A stretch of 64,000 bases of DNA from Candidatus Shapirobacteria bacterium GW2011_GWF2_37_20. Its GTDB lineage: Bacteria > Patescibacteriota > Microgenomatia > UBA12405. A model generated the notes under the pieces. The model saw only the letters and a program-made list of their open reading frames with translations, did not search any database and was not told where the DNA came from. The stretch covers positions 2,104-66,103 of the forward strand of contig LBTB01000001.1 in NCBI GenBank assembly GCA_000989305.1, given 5' to 3'. The position numbers and the translations under genes are program-made. This document shows, piece by piece, positions 39,139 to 48,574 of the stretch. Numbering within the stretch: position 1 is the stretch's first letter; each line of letters starts with the position of its first letter.

Positions 39139-40345
39139 ATTTGTATACCGGGCCAAGGATTGGAGCGGAAAATTGGTCAGGGGGGAGTTAGAAATGGGCT
39201 CAAAGAAAGAAGTGGTGGAATCGATAAAGGGTAACGGGTTGATTCCCCTATCGGTGGAAGCAGTAGCGAGTAATTTTTTTTCGGAGATTAATAAAAAAAT
39301 AAAGGGTAGGGTTAACTTAAAACAAGTCAGCACTTTTACCAGACAATTATCGACGATGATGACTGCCGGTTTACCTCTAACTGACGCTTTAGCCTTATTG
39401 AAAAATCAGCAAAGTGAAAATGATGGTTTATATCAAGTTTTGGAAAAGACCTTGGAAGAAGTTCGGGCGGGAATGCCTCTGGGAAAATCTCTTGAAAAAT
39501 ATAAAAATATTTTCGGGGAGGCTTATGTGGCTTCAATTTCAGCCGGTGAAGAGGCCGGAGTATTGGATGAAGTTTTGGGAAAGCTGGCTACTAACCTGGA
39601 AAATCAAAACGAGTTTCAAGGAAAGGTTAAGGGGGCAATGATTTATCCGGTAATTGTGATTGTGGCCATGATAATTGTGGTGTTTATTATGATGATTTTT
39701 GTAATTCCGAAGTTAACCGGATTATATGCGGATTTTGGGACGGCAAAAATGCCGGCGGCGACCCAGGCCCTGATGTCAGTTTCCGCTTTTATGGCCAAAA
39801 CCTGGTACTTGTTTCCAGTATTAATTGCTGGAGGGTATTTTGCCTATTCTGTGGGGATAAAAAGTGAAAAATTTCGGTTGAAAAAGGATAGTCTACTGTT
39901 GAAGATACCGATTGTGGGGGTGTTGAATGAAAAATCAATTATGGCCAATACCTGTCGAACTTTTTCCATGTTGTTAACGGCAGGAATTACTCTGGTTGAG
40001 GCGCTAAAGATTGTGGCTACGGTTTCAGGAAATGAGGTTTATAAAAAAGCCTATCTGCAGATTGCTGAGAAGGTCCAAAAAGGTTTTTCAGTGGCAACAT
40101 CTTTTGAAAATACGAGTGTGTTTCCGATAATTGTTAACCAAATGATTTCTACAGGTGAGGCGACGGGAAAATTGGATGACGTATTGATGAGGGTGTCTGA
40201 TTATTTTTCAAAAGAAGCTGAAGAATCGGTGAAAGCATTAACGGCGGCAATCGAACCGGCAATTATGATAATTCTGGGAATTGGGGTAGGGTTTCTGGTA
40301 ATAGCGGTGGTGATGCCGATATATAACTTGACATCGTCATTTTAG
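39131..40345 (+). CDS. pilC: Type IV pilus platform protein PilC/GspF
   Basis: FTRQLSTMM.AGLP, GEEAG.L, AMIYP, GEATGKL, IEP. Confidence 0.96.
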   Translation: MAKFVYRAKDWSGKLVRGELEMGSKKEVVESIKGNGLIPLSVEAVASNFFSEINKKIKGRVNLKQVSTFTRQLSTMMTAGLPLTDALALLKNQQSENDGLYQVLEKTLEEVRAGMPLGKSLEKYKNIFGEAYVASISAGEEAGVLDEVLGKLATNLENQNEFQGKVKGAMIYPVIVIVAMIIVVFIMMIFVIPKLTGLYADFGTAKMPAATQALMSVSAFMAKTWYLFPVLIAGGYFAYSVGIKSEKFRLKKDSLLLKIPIVGVLNEKSIMANTCRTFSMLLTAGITLVEALKIVATVSGNEVYKKAYLQIAEKVQKGFSVATSFENTSVFPIIVNQMISTGEATGKLDDVLMRVSDYFSKEAEESVKALTAAIEPAIMIILGIGVGFLVIAVVMPIYNLTSSF

Positions 40346-40389
40346 TAGTAAATAATGATACTAATTACTCATTATATTTTTAATATAAA

Positions 40390-41061
40390 ATGAAAAAAGC
40401 ATTTACGTTGGTAGAACTACTGATCGTCATTGCCTTGATTGCTATTTTGTCGGTAGCAGTTTTGGCCACAATTAATCCTATTGAACAAACGAATAAGGCT
40501 CGGGATGCTAAGTTTAAAAACGATGCAGCCGAAGTTTTGAGCGGATATGAAAGATTTTTTGCCTCTCAGAATAAATATCCCTGGAATATGGATAATGATG
40601 GTTTGGGTAGCATTGATAACGGTGAGGTGGCCTCAGGTGTAAATAATATTGCCTTTTTGTCAAGAGATTGGAGGTTTGGAGTTTTGGATGAAACAGGAGC
40701 GGCGAGCGGTCAATTAATTACGACCTCGGAGTTAAAAACTGCTTTTGGAAGTAGCAAAGAACCTTTTGATGATACGGTAGTCGCTGGAAGTGAGGACGCA
40801 ATGTACATGTTTCATTCCAATGATTCAAATTACGTTTGTTTTTGTCCTAAAGCTAACGCTAACCGGACTGGGGCTGTTGCCAGTCAGTTGAAGTGTTTGG
40901 ATAGAGTTGAAGCCGTGAATGCTACTGTCGATGTTTCAACGGCAACCTTAAGTGATTTGGGTGGAACTTGTTTAGCGGCAGCTGATCCAAAGGCTAACGG
41001 TTTTTGTGATTTAGGAACTACAGCTAATCTTCTCTGTGTCCCAGAAGGTGATATAAATTAA
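40390..41061 (+). CDS. Type IV pilin (probable major pilin)
   Basis: KKA|FTLVELL class III signal; followed by a strong terminator. Confidence 0.88.
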   Translation: MKKAFTLVELLIVIALIAILSVAVLATINPIEQTNKARDAKFKNDAAEVLSGYERFFASQNKYPWNMDNDGLGSIDNGEVASGVNNIAFLSRDWRFGVLDETGAASGQLITTSELKTAFGSSKEPFDDTVVAGSEDAMYMFHSNDSNYVCFCPKANANRTGAVASQLKCLDRVEAVNATVDVSTATLSDLGGTCLAAADPKANGFCDLGTTANLLCVPEGDIN

Positions 41062-41080
41062 AAAATCATTGTAGATTTTC

Positions 41081-41105
41081 AACCCCGTCGCAAGGCGGGG
41101 TTTTT
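41081..41105 (+). terminator. Rho-independent terminator
   Basis: AACCCCGTC-GCAA-GGCGGGGTTTTT. Confidence 0.85.
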
Positions 41106-41129
41106 GGTGGAAATAAGTTACAATTAACT

Positions 41130-41888
41130 ATGTATTTGTTTTTAGGAATTATGATTTTTTTGTTGGGGTTGTGTGTTGGGAGTTTTATCAATATGGCCTT
41201 GTGGCGGGTGGGAAATAACAAGTCACTGCTTAAAGAAAAAAGAAGCTATTGTGATTTTTGTAAAAAGAAATTGAAATGGTATGACAATGTCCCGGTGTTG
41301 TCCTTTTTAATTTATAAAGGAAAGAGTCGGTGTTGTGGAAAAAAATTGTCACCCTCCTACCCTATTGTGGAAATATTGACCGGAATAATTTTTGTTTTGA
41401 ATTTTTACTATTCAACTACCTATCTACTACTCTTTTTAACTTTTATAATCTTGGGATTGTTGGTTTTCGAGGCAGCTTTTGATTTTAAATACATGACCTT
41501 ACCTGATTTGACAGCCTTTTTATTAATTGGCCTGGCTCTATTGAGGTGGTTAGTGTTGGGAACGCCAAAATCCTTTTTGGTTTCGGCCTTAATATCGGGG
41601 TTATTTATTTTGCTTTTGCATAAAATTAAGATACGGGGTCATGAAGCCATGGGTGACGGAGATATTTTATTGGCGGTATTTATGGGATTATTTTTAGGTT
41701 TTCCCAATATTGTTGTCGCCTTTTATATAGCATTTGTGATGGGGGCGATTGTTGGCGGGTTTTTAATATTAAAAAAAATAGTAGGACGGCTGACCCCAAT
41801 TCCCTTTGGTCCCTTTCTGATTTTGGGAACAGTAGTGGCTTTTTGGTGGGGAGAGAAAATAATAAGGATTTTAGAGATTAGATTTTGA
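41130..41888 (+). CDS. pilD: Prepilin peptidase
   Basis: GSFIN, RS.C..C, WYDNVP, FD, MGDGD, IPFGPFL. Confidence 0.95.
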   Translation: MYLFLGIMIFLLGLCVGSFINMALWRVGNNKSLLKEKRSYCDFCKKKLKWYDNVPVLSFLIYKGKSRCCGKKLSPSYPIVEILTGIIFVLNFYYSTTYLLLFLTFIILGLLVFEAAFDFKYMTLPDLTAFLLIGLALLRWLVLGTPKSFLVSALISGLFILLLHKIKIRGHEAMGDGDILLAVFMGLFLGFPNIVVAFYIAFVMGAIVGGFLILKKIVGRLTPIPFGPFLILGTVVAFWWGEKIIRILEIRF

Positions 41889-41927
41889 GACTAGAAAACA
41901 TAATTAAAAAAGAAGTAGAATAAATAA

Positions 41928-42575
41928 ATGAAGAAAAGTGGAATAACGCTGGTGGAAATATTGATTGTAATGGCGATTATTTTGTTACTGATTGCAGTGG
42001 CGATTGGGGCTTTGAATCCGATTGGAATAATGAATCGGGCCCGGGATGCACAAGTAAAAAAAGATTTGAACCGAATTAGAATTTCTTTTGAGGATTATTA
42101 TAACGACAAGGGTTGTTATCCAAACAGAGAAAAGATAGAGGAGCTGGCTTTAGGGAGTAATTGTGATTCTAAAGTTGTTTTTAGGCCGTGGATGGCCAGT
42201 TGGCCTTGTGATCCGAATGATAAACCTTACCAGGTGTTGATAGGTTATGATGAAAATTGCCCAAAATGGTTTAAAATATTGGCTTCTTTGGAAAATAAAA
42301 CGGATAAAGAAATTTCTTATGAGCTGGTGACTGAAGGAACTTTGGCGGTAGGATCTACTGCTTATAACTATGGAGTTTCCAGCGGCAATATTACAATTGA
42401 AGAAATCACTGGTTTAAAAGATCCTTATTGTGGAAATTTGGGCAGTTGCTATTATTATCCGGCTCCAAATATGTGCAATAAAACTGATAGTAGCGGGTGT
42501 TCCGGGACGAATTGTTATTTGGGAGAATGTAGTGTCCGCTGTCATGTGAGTTGCTGTGGTCCAGGATGTGATTAA
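41928..42575 (+). CDS. Pilin-like protein with Cys-rich C-terminus
   Basis: KSG|ITLVE; 10 Cys in the last 48 aa. Confidence 0.88.
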   Translation: MKKSGITLVEILIVMAIILLLIAVAIGALNPIGIMNRARDAQVKKDLNRIRISFEDYYNDKGCYPNREKIEELALGSNCDSKVVFRPWMASWPCDPNDKPYQVLIGYDENCPKWFKILASLENKTDKEISYELVTEGTLAVGSTAYNYGVSSGNITIEEITGLKDPYCGNLGSCYYYPAPNMCNKTDSSGCSGTNCYLGECSVRCHVSCCGPGCD

Positions 42576-42598
42576 AAAATATGTTAAATTTATATAAG

Positions 42599-43111
42599 AT
42601 GAAAAAAGCATTTACCTTAGTTGAACTATTGGTGGTAATTGCGATTATGGGTATTTTGACTATGATAACCGTGTCACAGTTTCAAACGGCTAAACGTAAA
42701 GCTAATGATGTGGCTAGAAAAGGAGATTTGAATGCGGTGGCTAAAGCTTTGCAAATGTATTATACGGACTACAGTGTGATGCCGGAGATGGATAATGTTG
42801 CTGGTGGTCAAATTGCGGTGGGGGGGGTAACGAAAGCCTGGGGGGCGGAATTCAATGATGCTAGTGGTTATGTTTATATGAAGACTTTACCCAGAGAAAA
42901 TAATGATGCTTTACCGGCTTATTGTTATAAAACGGATGCTAACAAAAAGTTCTATGCTTTATTTGCGATGCTGGAAAATGGGGTTGATAGTCAGTGTGAT
43001 CGAAACAATGACGGGATGGCAGACGTGACCTATCGGTGCGGAGGAAATTTATATTGTTTTGCTTATGTCAGCCCTAATACTAGTTTAAATACAGATGGTA
43101 GCTTCAAATAA
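42599..43111 (+). CDS. Pilin/pseudopilin (GspG-like)
   Basis: KKA|FTLVELL, ALQMYY.D. Confidence 0.88.
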   Translation: MKKAFTLVELLVVIAIMGILTMITVSQFQTAKRKANDVARKGDLNAVAKALQMYYTDYSVMPEMDNVAGGQIAVGGVTKAWGAEFNDASGYVYMKTLPRENNDALPAYCYKTDANKKFYALFAMLENGVDSQCDRNNDGMADVTYRCGGNLYCFAYVSPNTSLNTDGSFK

Positions 43112-43538
43112 GAAAGCCTTTACTTTGATCGAATTGCTAGTGGTAATCAGTATTATTGCTACACTTACGGCAATATTGTTGCCAAATTTTATGGGGGCTA
43201 GGGAAAGGGCGGCTGATTCCAACAAAAAACAGGGTTTAGTGGCGATAAAAAATGCCTTAAGACTTTTTTATAATGACACCCAAAATTACCCTTCTTCAAC
43301 AAATATGACTGAGTTAGAAACGACACTGGCCTCCTATATGCCAAGTATTAGTGGAATTGGTTTCACTTATAGTTACGCTCAAACCAATGGTGGCGATGGG
43401 TTTCAATTATGCGTTGAGGTTGATTCGGGGGGAAATGAAATTAGTGTTTCACAAGCTCAGTGCAAGGATGCCATTAATCAGGTGTGCGGGACAACGATCA
43501 GTAGCAACTTAAAATTATTTGTTGTTTGCGCTAATTAA
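43095..43538 (+). CDS. Pilin/pseudopilin (GspG-like)
   Basis: KKA|FTLIELL, ALRLFYND..YP. Confidence 0.88.
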   Translation: MVASNKKAFTLIELLVVISIIATLTAILLPNFMGARERAADSNKKQGLVAIKNALRLFYNDTQNYPSSTNMTELETTLASYMPSISGIGFTYSYAQTNGGDGFQLCVEVDSGGNEISVSQAQCKDAINQVCGTTISSNLKLFVVCAN

Positions 43539-43542
43539 AAAT

Positions 43543-43971
43543 ATGAAAAAAGCTTTTACCCTATTTGAACTATTAGTCAGCATTTCGATTATCGGAATTT
43601 TAGTGGCAGTGGCATCGACTTCTTATAGCGGGGCTCAGAAAAAGGCCAGGGATTCGAGAAGAATGGAAGATTTGAATAGTATTCAAAAAGCCTTGGAACT
43701 ATATTACAGTACCAATCCAACCAGTCCTTTTACTTATCCGTCAGTAAGCGGTGGTCAAGCTGTGGGAATGACACCGGTCTATATTCAAAGTTGGCCAAGG
43801 GATCCAAAGACCGGAATACCTTATGTTTATAATTTTAATGTGCCGGCGGCGGGGAATTATTGCGTTGGGGTAAGCTTAGATTATCCGGTGGGTAATTGTC
43901 CCAACCCTACTACCTGTGTGGGCATTGGAGCGAGTGCCGCCTCCTATTATTGTGTTAAAAGCCAACAATAA
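43543..43971 (+). CDS. Pilin/pseudopilin (GspG-like)
   Basis: KKA|FTLFELL, RDSRR..DL, PRDP. Confidence 0.88.
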   Translation: MKKAFTLFELLVSISIIGILVAVASTSYSGAQKKARDSRRMEDLNSIQKALELYYSTNPTSPFTYPSVSGGQAVGMTPVYIQSWPRDPKTGIPYVYNFNVPAAGNYCVGVSLDYPVGNCPNPTTCVGIGASAASYYCVKSQQ

Positions 43972-44016
43972 ACAAAGAAAGAAGTTAGAGATTAGAAAAA
44001 GATTTTAGAAATATAA

Positions 44017-44409
44017 ATGAAAAAAAACAAAAAAGGATTTAGTTTTATTGAGTTGATTGTAGTGGTGACGATAATAGCGGTACTGAGTGTGGTGGGAGTG
44101 GTAAGTTATGGGGCAATAAATAAAAAATCTCGTGATTCACGGCGTATTTCTGATTTAGCAAATATGCGCATGGCCCTGGAGGCGATGAGGCAAATTGGGA
44201 CGACTTATCCCCTAGACAGTAGCGGTTTACCCGTGGGATTAGCACCAACTTACATGGAAGTGTTGCCCAAGGATCCAAAAAGCGGGTCATATTTTTATAC
44301 TCAGCTTTCCAGTGGCTATAGATACACAATTTGGGCAAAAATGGAGGATTTAGGTTCAACTACAGGGGATTATGGTAGTGGCTATAATTACCAGGTAAAC
44401 AACCCATGA
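44017..44409 (+). CDS. Pilin/pseudopilin (GspG-like)
   Basis: KKG|FSFIEL, RDSRRISDL, PKDP. Confidence 0.88.
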   Translation: MKKNKKGFSFIELIVVVTIIAVLSVVGVVSYGAINKKSRDSRRISDLANMRMALEAMRQIGTTYPLDSSGLPVGLAPTYMEVLPKDPKSGSYFYTQLSSGYRYTIWAKMEDLGSTTGDYGSGYNYQVNNP

Positions 44410-44888
44410 AACGGGCTTTTAGCCTGGTGGAAATTTTGGTTTTGGTAACGATATTGGCTGTTATTTCTGGTGGAGCTCTGGTGTATTTAAATAGTTTTAA
44501 TTCTCAACAAAAATTAAATAAGGGAAGAGATGAAGTGGTTTTGGCTATAAAACTGGCGCAGAGTTATGCCAAGACCAGACAGTTGCCGGTTGGTTCGGAT
44601 GAAACAGAGTTGAGATATGTTCAACTGCAAATAAAGGACGGTAATTTAGTGGCTGGAGCTAACGGGATCGGTTCGACTTATTTTAGTATTCGGATTGGTA
44701 ACGAGGGAATAGGAGTAAGTATTTCTCCTCAAGTGATTTATTTTTGGGCAGGAAATGGTTTTTGGGTAAAAGATGAGCTGGGAACTTTAAACAGCAACAA
44801 TGAGAAGGCCGAGGTAACTATCGAGCAAAAAAACATAATAATTAGTCAGGAAAAAATTGAAATAAATAGTTTGGGACAAATTCAATAA
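44406..44888 (+). CDS. Minor pilin (FimT/GspH-like)
   Basis: KRA|FSLVE, C-terminal INSLGQI. Confidence 0.82.
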   Translation: MKRAFSLVEILVLVTILAVISGGALVYLNSFNSQQKLNKGRDEVVLAIKLAQSYAKTRQLPVGSDETELRYVQLQIKDGNLVAGANGIGSTYFSIRIGNEGIGVSISPQVIYFWAGNGFWVKDELGTLNSNNEKAEVTIEQKNIIISQEKIEINSLGQIQ

Positions 44889-44930
44889 AATTAATAAAAA
44901 ATATATTGTGATTGTGCTAAAGTTTTATTA

Positions 44931-45710
44931 GTGAAGAGTAGTTTTACCTTAATAGAATTGTTGATTTCTTTTACGATTTTGGCAGTAATTTCGGGCGGAG
45001 CTCTGATGTATTTAAATAATTTTAATGCTCAACAGAACCTGGACAAGGTAAGCAATGAAGTGGTGTCTTCGTTGAAATTATCGCATAGTTACGCAAAAAC
45101 AAAACAAGTACCGATTGGTTCAGCTGAAACAGAGCTGAGATATATACAAGTTCAAATGGTGGGAAGCGGCATTGTGGCCAGGGCAAGCGGGATAGGAGAA
45201 ACTTTTTTTGACATTAAGATAAATAATAATGGAATTGGGGTGAGCTTTTCTCCCGGGGTAATATATTTTTGGGCAGGAAATGGTTTTTTGTCACATGATG
45301 GTGCTGGAGAAATGTATGGAGCTGGAGAGACGGTGACAATTACCGTTCAATCACAAAATAATTTTATTGGTTATAACGCAATAATAGTTGACGCTTTGGG
45401 TCAAGTGAAGTTAATAAGCTACAATGAGGGTGTGCTTCCTAGTCGAGTACCGACGGCAGTACCAACAACAGTAGTACCAACGGTGGCACCAACAACAACA
45501 ATACCAACGGTAACACCAGTACCAGTCTGTAGGTTGGGCGGGGTTGCTTGTGGTGTTCACAGTGATTGTTGCTCTTATTATTGTAGTAGTGGTGCCTGTC
45601 TGGGTGTGCCATCAGCAACACCAACATTATCTTGCAAGTTGGGTGGGGTTGCTTGTGGTGTCCATGGTGATTGTTGCTCTTATTATTGTAATCTTAATTT
45701 TTGCAATTAA
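44931..45710 (+). CDS. Minor pilin paralog with Pro/Thr linker and two knottin-like Cys repeats
   Basis: KSS|FTLIE; N-terminal part paralogous to 44406-44888; two C-C-CC-C-C units. Confidence 0.82.
   Translation: MKSSFTLIELLISFTILAVISGGALMYLNNFNAQQNLDKVSNEVVSSLKLSHSYAKTKQVPIGSAETELRYIQVQMVGSGIVARASGIGETFFDIKINNNGIGVSFSPGVIYFWAGNGFLSHDGAGEMYGAGETVTITVQSQNNFIGYNAIIVDALGQVKLISYNEGVLPSRVPTAVPTTVVPTVAPTTTIPTVTPVPVCRLGGVACGVHSDCCSYYCSSGACLGVPSATPTLSCKLGGVACGVHGDCCSYYCNLNFCN
45528..45704 (+). repeat. Two 72-bp direct repeats encoding 24-aa six-Cys modules
   Basis: 45528-45599 and 45633-45704 share GGGGTTGCTTGTGGTGT and GTGATTGTTGCTCTTATTATTGTA. Confidence 0.9.
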
Positions 45711-45714
45711 AAAT

Positions 45715-46134
45715 ATGATTGTCGTAAAAAGAAAAGCCCAAGGAGTAATTGAATCAGTATTTGCTGTCGGGATATTGGCGTTGTTGCTGACCGGGGCAGT
45801 AATATTGGTGATTATGGGAATTGCCAATAGACGGAGCAGTTTTGACAGAAGAAAGGCAACAGAATTGGCAAGCATAACCATTGAAGAACTGATTAGCATA
45901 AGTCAAAATAATCCTGAAGAGTTTTGGCGACTGACAAATGTCAGCAATCTAAGAAAGGATGGTTATGATGGTTATTCTTATTCAATTTCTTTTACCAATG
46001 TTAGTGGTGACATTAACTATCCTCAGTGCGGAGTCGGGAAAACTGATTGTGCTGAAGCAGTGGTGTCAGTCGGCTGGTCGGGAAAGACGGAACAGAGTTT
46101 ATATTTTAACCGTTTTTTCAGCAAAAATGACTAA
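45715..46134 (+). CDS. Minor pilin (PilV-like)
   Basis: KRKA|QGVIE followed by a hydrophobic helix; VSVGW near the C-terminus. Confidence 0.75.
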   Translation: MIVVKRKAQGVIESVFAVGILALLLTGAVILVIMGIANRRSSFDRRKATELASITIEELISISQNNPEEFWRLTNVSNLRKDGYDGYSYSISFTNVSGDINYPQCGVGKTDCAEAVVSVGWSGKTEQSLYFNRFFSKND

Positions 46135-46621
46135 AAAAGCTTTTACCTTAATCGAAACTTTGGTAGCAGTGGGGGTGTTGGCGGTGTTGATGGTGACTGT
46201 GGGAGCAATTTTGTTGATGTCGCTCAAATCAAAAAATTCAACGGAAGTTAATGAGTCAATGTCCTCGATTGCAGTATTTACTTTAGGAGAATTAAAGAAA
46301 AATATTTTTGATGCTCAATTGGGTCAGATAAATTGTCCGGTTGATATCGGGAATTCGATTAGTTTTATGACTAAAAGCGGTGGTGTGACTACCCTACTCT
46401 GTGACGAGGCTAGTGGAGAAGTTGCGTCGGTATCGGCCAGCGGGAATAATTATTTTTTGAACGAAAAAGTCAGAATTCAAAATTGTAATGATTTTGTATG
46501 GTGTACCCTGTCGGCTGATTCAGAAATATTGTCGATTGGATTTAGTTTAAATTTGGTGACCGGTGGTGATGGAGTGGGAAATTCGGGAATCTTTCACGGA
46601 GCAGTGACCCCAAGAGACTGA
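46127..46621 (+). CDS. Minor pilin (PilW-like)
   Basis: KKA|FTLIETL. Confidence 0.82.
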   Translation: MTKKAFTLIETLVAVGVLAVLMVTVGAILLMSLKSKNSTEVNESMSSIAVFTLGELKKNIFDAQLGQINCPVDIGNSISFMTKSGGVTTLLCDEASGEVASVSASGNNYFLNEKVRIQNCNDFVWCTLSADSEILSIGFSLNLVTGGDGVGNSGIFHGAVTPRD

Positions 46622-46763
46622 AATTTGGCGGTATATCCAACAATATAGATATAAATAAACTCACAGGTATGTAATGGGTATGTATGTACTTTATGCCATC
46701 TTCCCGTTTAAATTCGAATAATAGAGTGCTATAATTGTTCTATAATATTATAGGTTAGTACTT

Positions 46764-48056
46764 ATGATTGAAAAAATGACTGAAATAAAAAATGGAGCTA
46801 GTAGAGGCTCTTGGAGAAGAGCTTTTAGTGGAGCTGCGGCTGGAGTAATTGCGGCTACCACTATTGCAGGTTGTGGTGAAACTATTAAAACTGCGGTAGT
46901 TGATCCGACACCAACTTTAGAAGCTTCCCCGGTATCGGGAACTGGAGAGTTTTCGGTGTTGTTTACCCCAAATAGTTTGCAGAATCTAGATGCTGAGGCC
47001 AAAGCGATTGTGAGCAAGAACTTGGAATTAATTAATCAGGAATGTAATCAAGACTTACCGGGAAGAATGATGCCCGGGAGCGAGAAGTATCTCTTTGCTA
47101 GAAACAAGAGTAATGAAACTTTTATTTGGGGTTTTTGTGATGTGGCCTCGGCTGATGCACCGCCAAAAACGGTGGTGTCAATGTTTGATTGGACGGCAGG
47201 ACCTTCGGGAGAGACGCAAAAAATTTATCAGGATTTAGTAGCTTTTGATGATGGCACTATGGGTTATGTGGACAGTAACGGCAATTCTCATGCGATTTTG
47301 AAGATAAATAATGACAACATGATTGAGGTTTATGATATTAATGAAAAAGTGGTGGCAGAGCAAGTAATGACGTCGGAGGCAATTGGATTTTTTGATGGAA
47401 TAAAAAATGTTAGTGGAAATTTTGAGCCAACAGCGATAGCAACTGAGGTAGCCAAAAAAACATACGATATCGATATGGAAAAGTTTTTTAATGCAGCTCC
47501 AAGTTATGAATATATGGTGGCTCATCCTGACGAATACGTTGAGGCTCCTGATTTATTGAGCGATGTCGAAGCTTTTAAAGATTGGTATTACAATAAATAT
47601 ATTCCGGCTTTGTGTGAGGGAAATAAATATAGAATGGAGACGAATGTTTATATGGGTGCAAGTGGATTTGATAAATCGGGAAATTTACAGATTTCCGCAA
47701 TGGATGGGATTGCAGGTCCGTTAACTAATAAATTGCCGATGGCTTTTTTCATACACGATGAAATTCTTTTTCCCATTTTGGCTTTTACTGTAGATAATGT
47801 TAATAATGGTAATATTGGTACTTATTCAATTATTTTGCATGAGAAATATGGCGGAAGAGATGGTTTTGAAGCGATAAGCAACTTATATGGGGGAAAAAGG
47901 GTTATAAATTTGACAGGAGAGATTTCAGTAGGGCCAGAAGAGTTTAATTCTGATGTAAGAAAAGAGTTTTTTATGACTGATTTTAATTGGGTTGATGTCG
48001 ATAGTAACTTTACTAATTTTAGAATTGGTTTGGGTGGGGTAATAACGAGCGATTGA
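46764..48056 (+). CDS. Hypothetical exported protein, possible lipoprotein
   Basis: Basic N-region, hydrophobic stretch, IAG-C lipobox, PTPT linker. Confidence 0.7.
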   Translation: MIEKMTEIKNGASRGSWRRAFSGAAAGVIAATTIAGCGETIKTAVVDPTPTLEASPVSGTGEFSVLFTPNSLQNLDAEAKAIVSKNLELINQECNQDLPGRMMPGSEKYLFARNKSNETFIWGFCDVASADAPPKTVVSMFDWTAGPSGETQKIYQDLVAFDDGTMGYVDSNGNSHAILKINNDNMIEVYDINEKVVAEQVMTSEAIGFFDGIKNVSGNFEPTAIATEVAKKTYDIDMEKFFNAAPSYEYMVAHPDEYVEAPDLLSDVEAFKDWYYNKYIPALCEGNKYRMETNVYMGASGFDKSGNLQISAMDGIAGPLTNKLPMAFFIHDEILFPILAFTVDNVNNGNIGTYSIILHEKYGGRDGFEAISNLYGGKRVINLTGEISVGPEEFNSDVRKEFFMTDFNWVDVDSNFTNFRIGLGGVITSD

Positions 48057-48100
48057 TGAAGCCTGTTGAGATTCGGTGAAGAGTCGTCTATACTTTTTTA

Positions 48101-48574
48101 ATGAAATGGTGGTATGTGGTAGTGTTGATGGTTGGGGTGGGAATTGGTTGGTGGATTTTAAAAAATTATGGAGTTAAGAAAGAGGTATCTTTCGGTGGAG
48201 TAGTGGAGGAAAGTATTGTTCTGGGAGAAGTGGCGAAATTGCCAACGATAATTATTTCCGACAATAAGGGAAAAAAGGTGGAAGCAGTGGCGGTGGATGG
48301 AGGTATAGTTCAAAAATGGAGCCCGGAAACGGGGGAAATTGAATTTATCAGGGAAGAAAAATTATGGAAATTGACAGTTAATCCGACTGAGGCGATGATT
48401 ACTATTCCAAATATAAGTGATAGAACAAGGATAATTTTGGTCTCAGATAAAAGTAGTCTGCATTGGAAAACTGCATTTTGTAAGGGTGACTTTGTGTCGA
48501 TTAGGTTGAGCGGAAATAAGGTGATGGCCATTGATAATGGCGGTTATAGATCGTGTGGATTTAAAGGCGAATGA
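48101..48574 (+). CDS. Membrane-anchored hypothetical protein
   Basis: N-terminal TM, 157 aa. Confidence 0.7.
   Translation: MKWWYVVVLMVGVGIGWWILKNYGVKKEVSFGGVVEESIVLGEVAKLPTIIISDNKGKKVEAVAVDGGIVQKWSPETGEIEFIREEKLWKLTVNPTEAMITIPNISDRTRIILVSDKSSLHWKTAFCKGDFVSIRLSGNKVMAIDNGGYRSCGFKGE

Noticed and set aside
45544-45714. Hydrophobic N-terminal extension of ORF 45544-46134
   Set aside because: Alternative-frame reading of the Cys repeats; the likely start is 45715.
46764-46880. Tat signal peptide (SWRRAF)
   Set aside because: Weak match to S/T-R-R-x-F-L-K and no tat genes in the window; the lipobox reading is at least as plausible.
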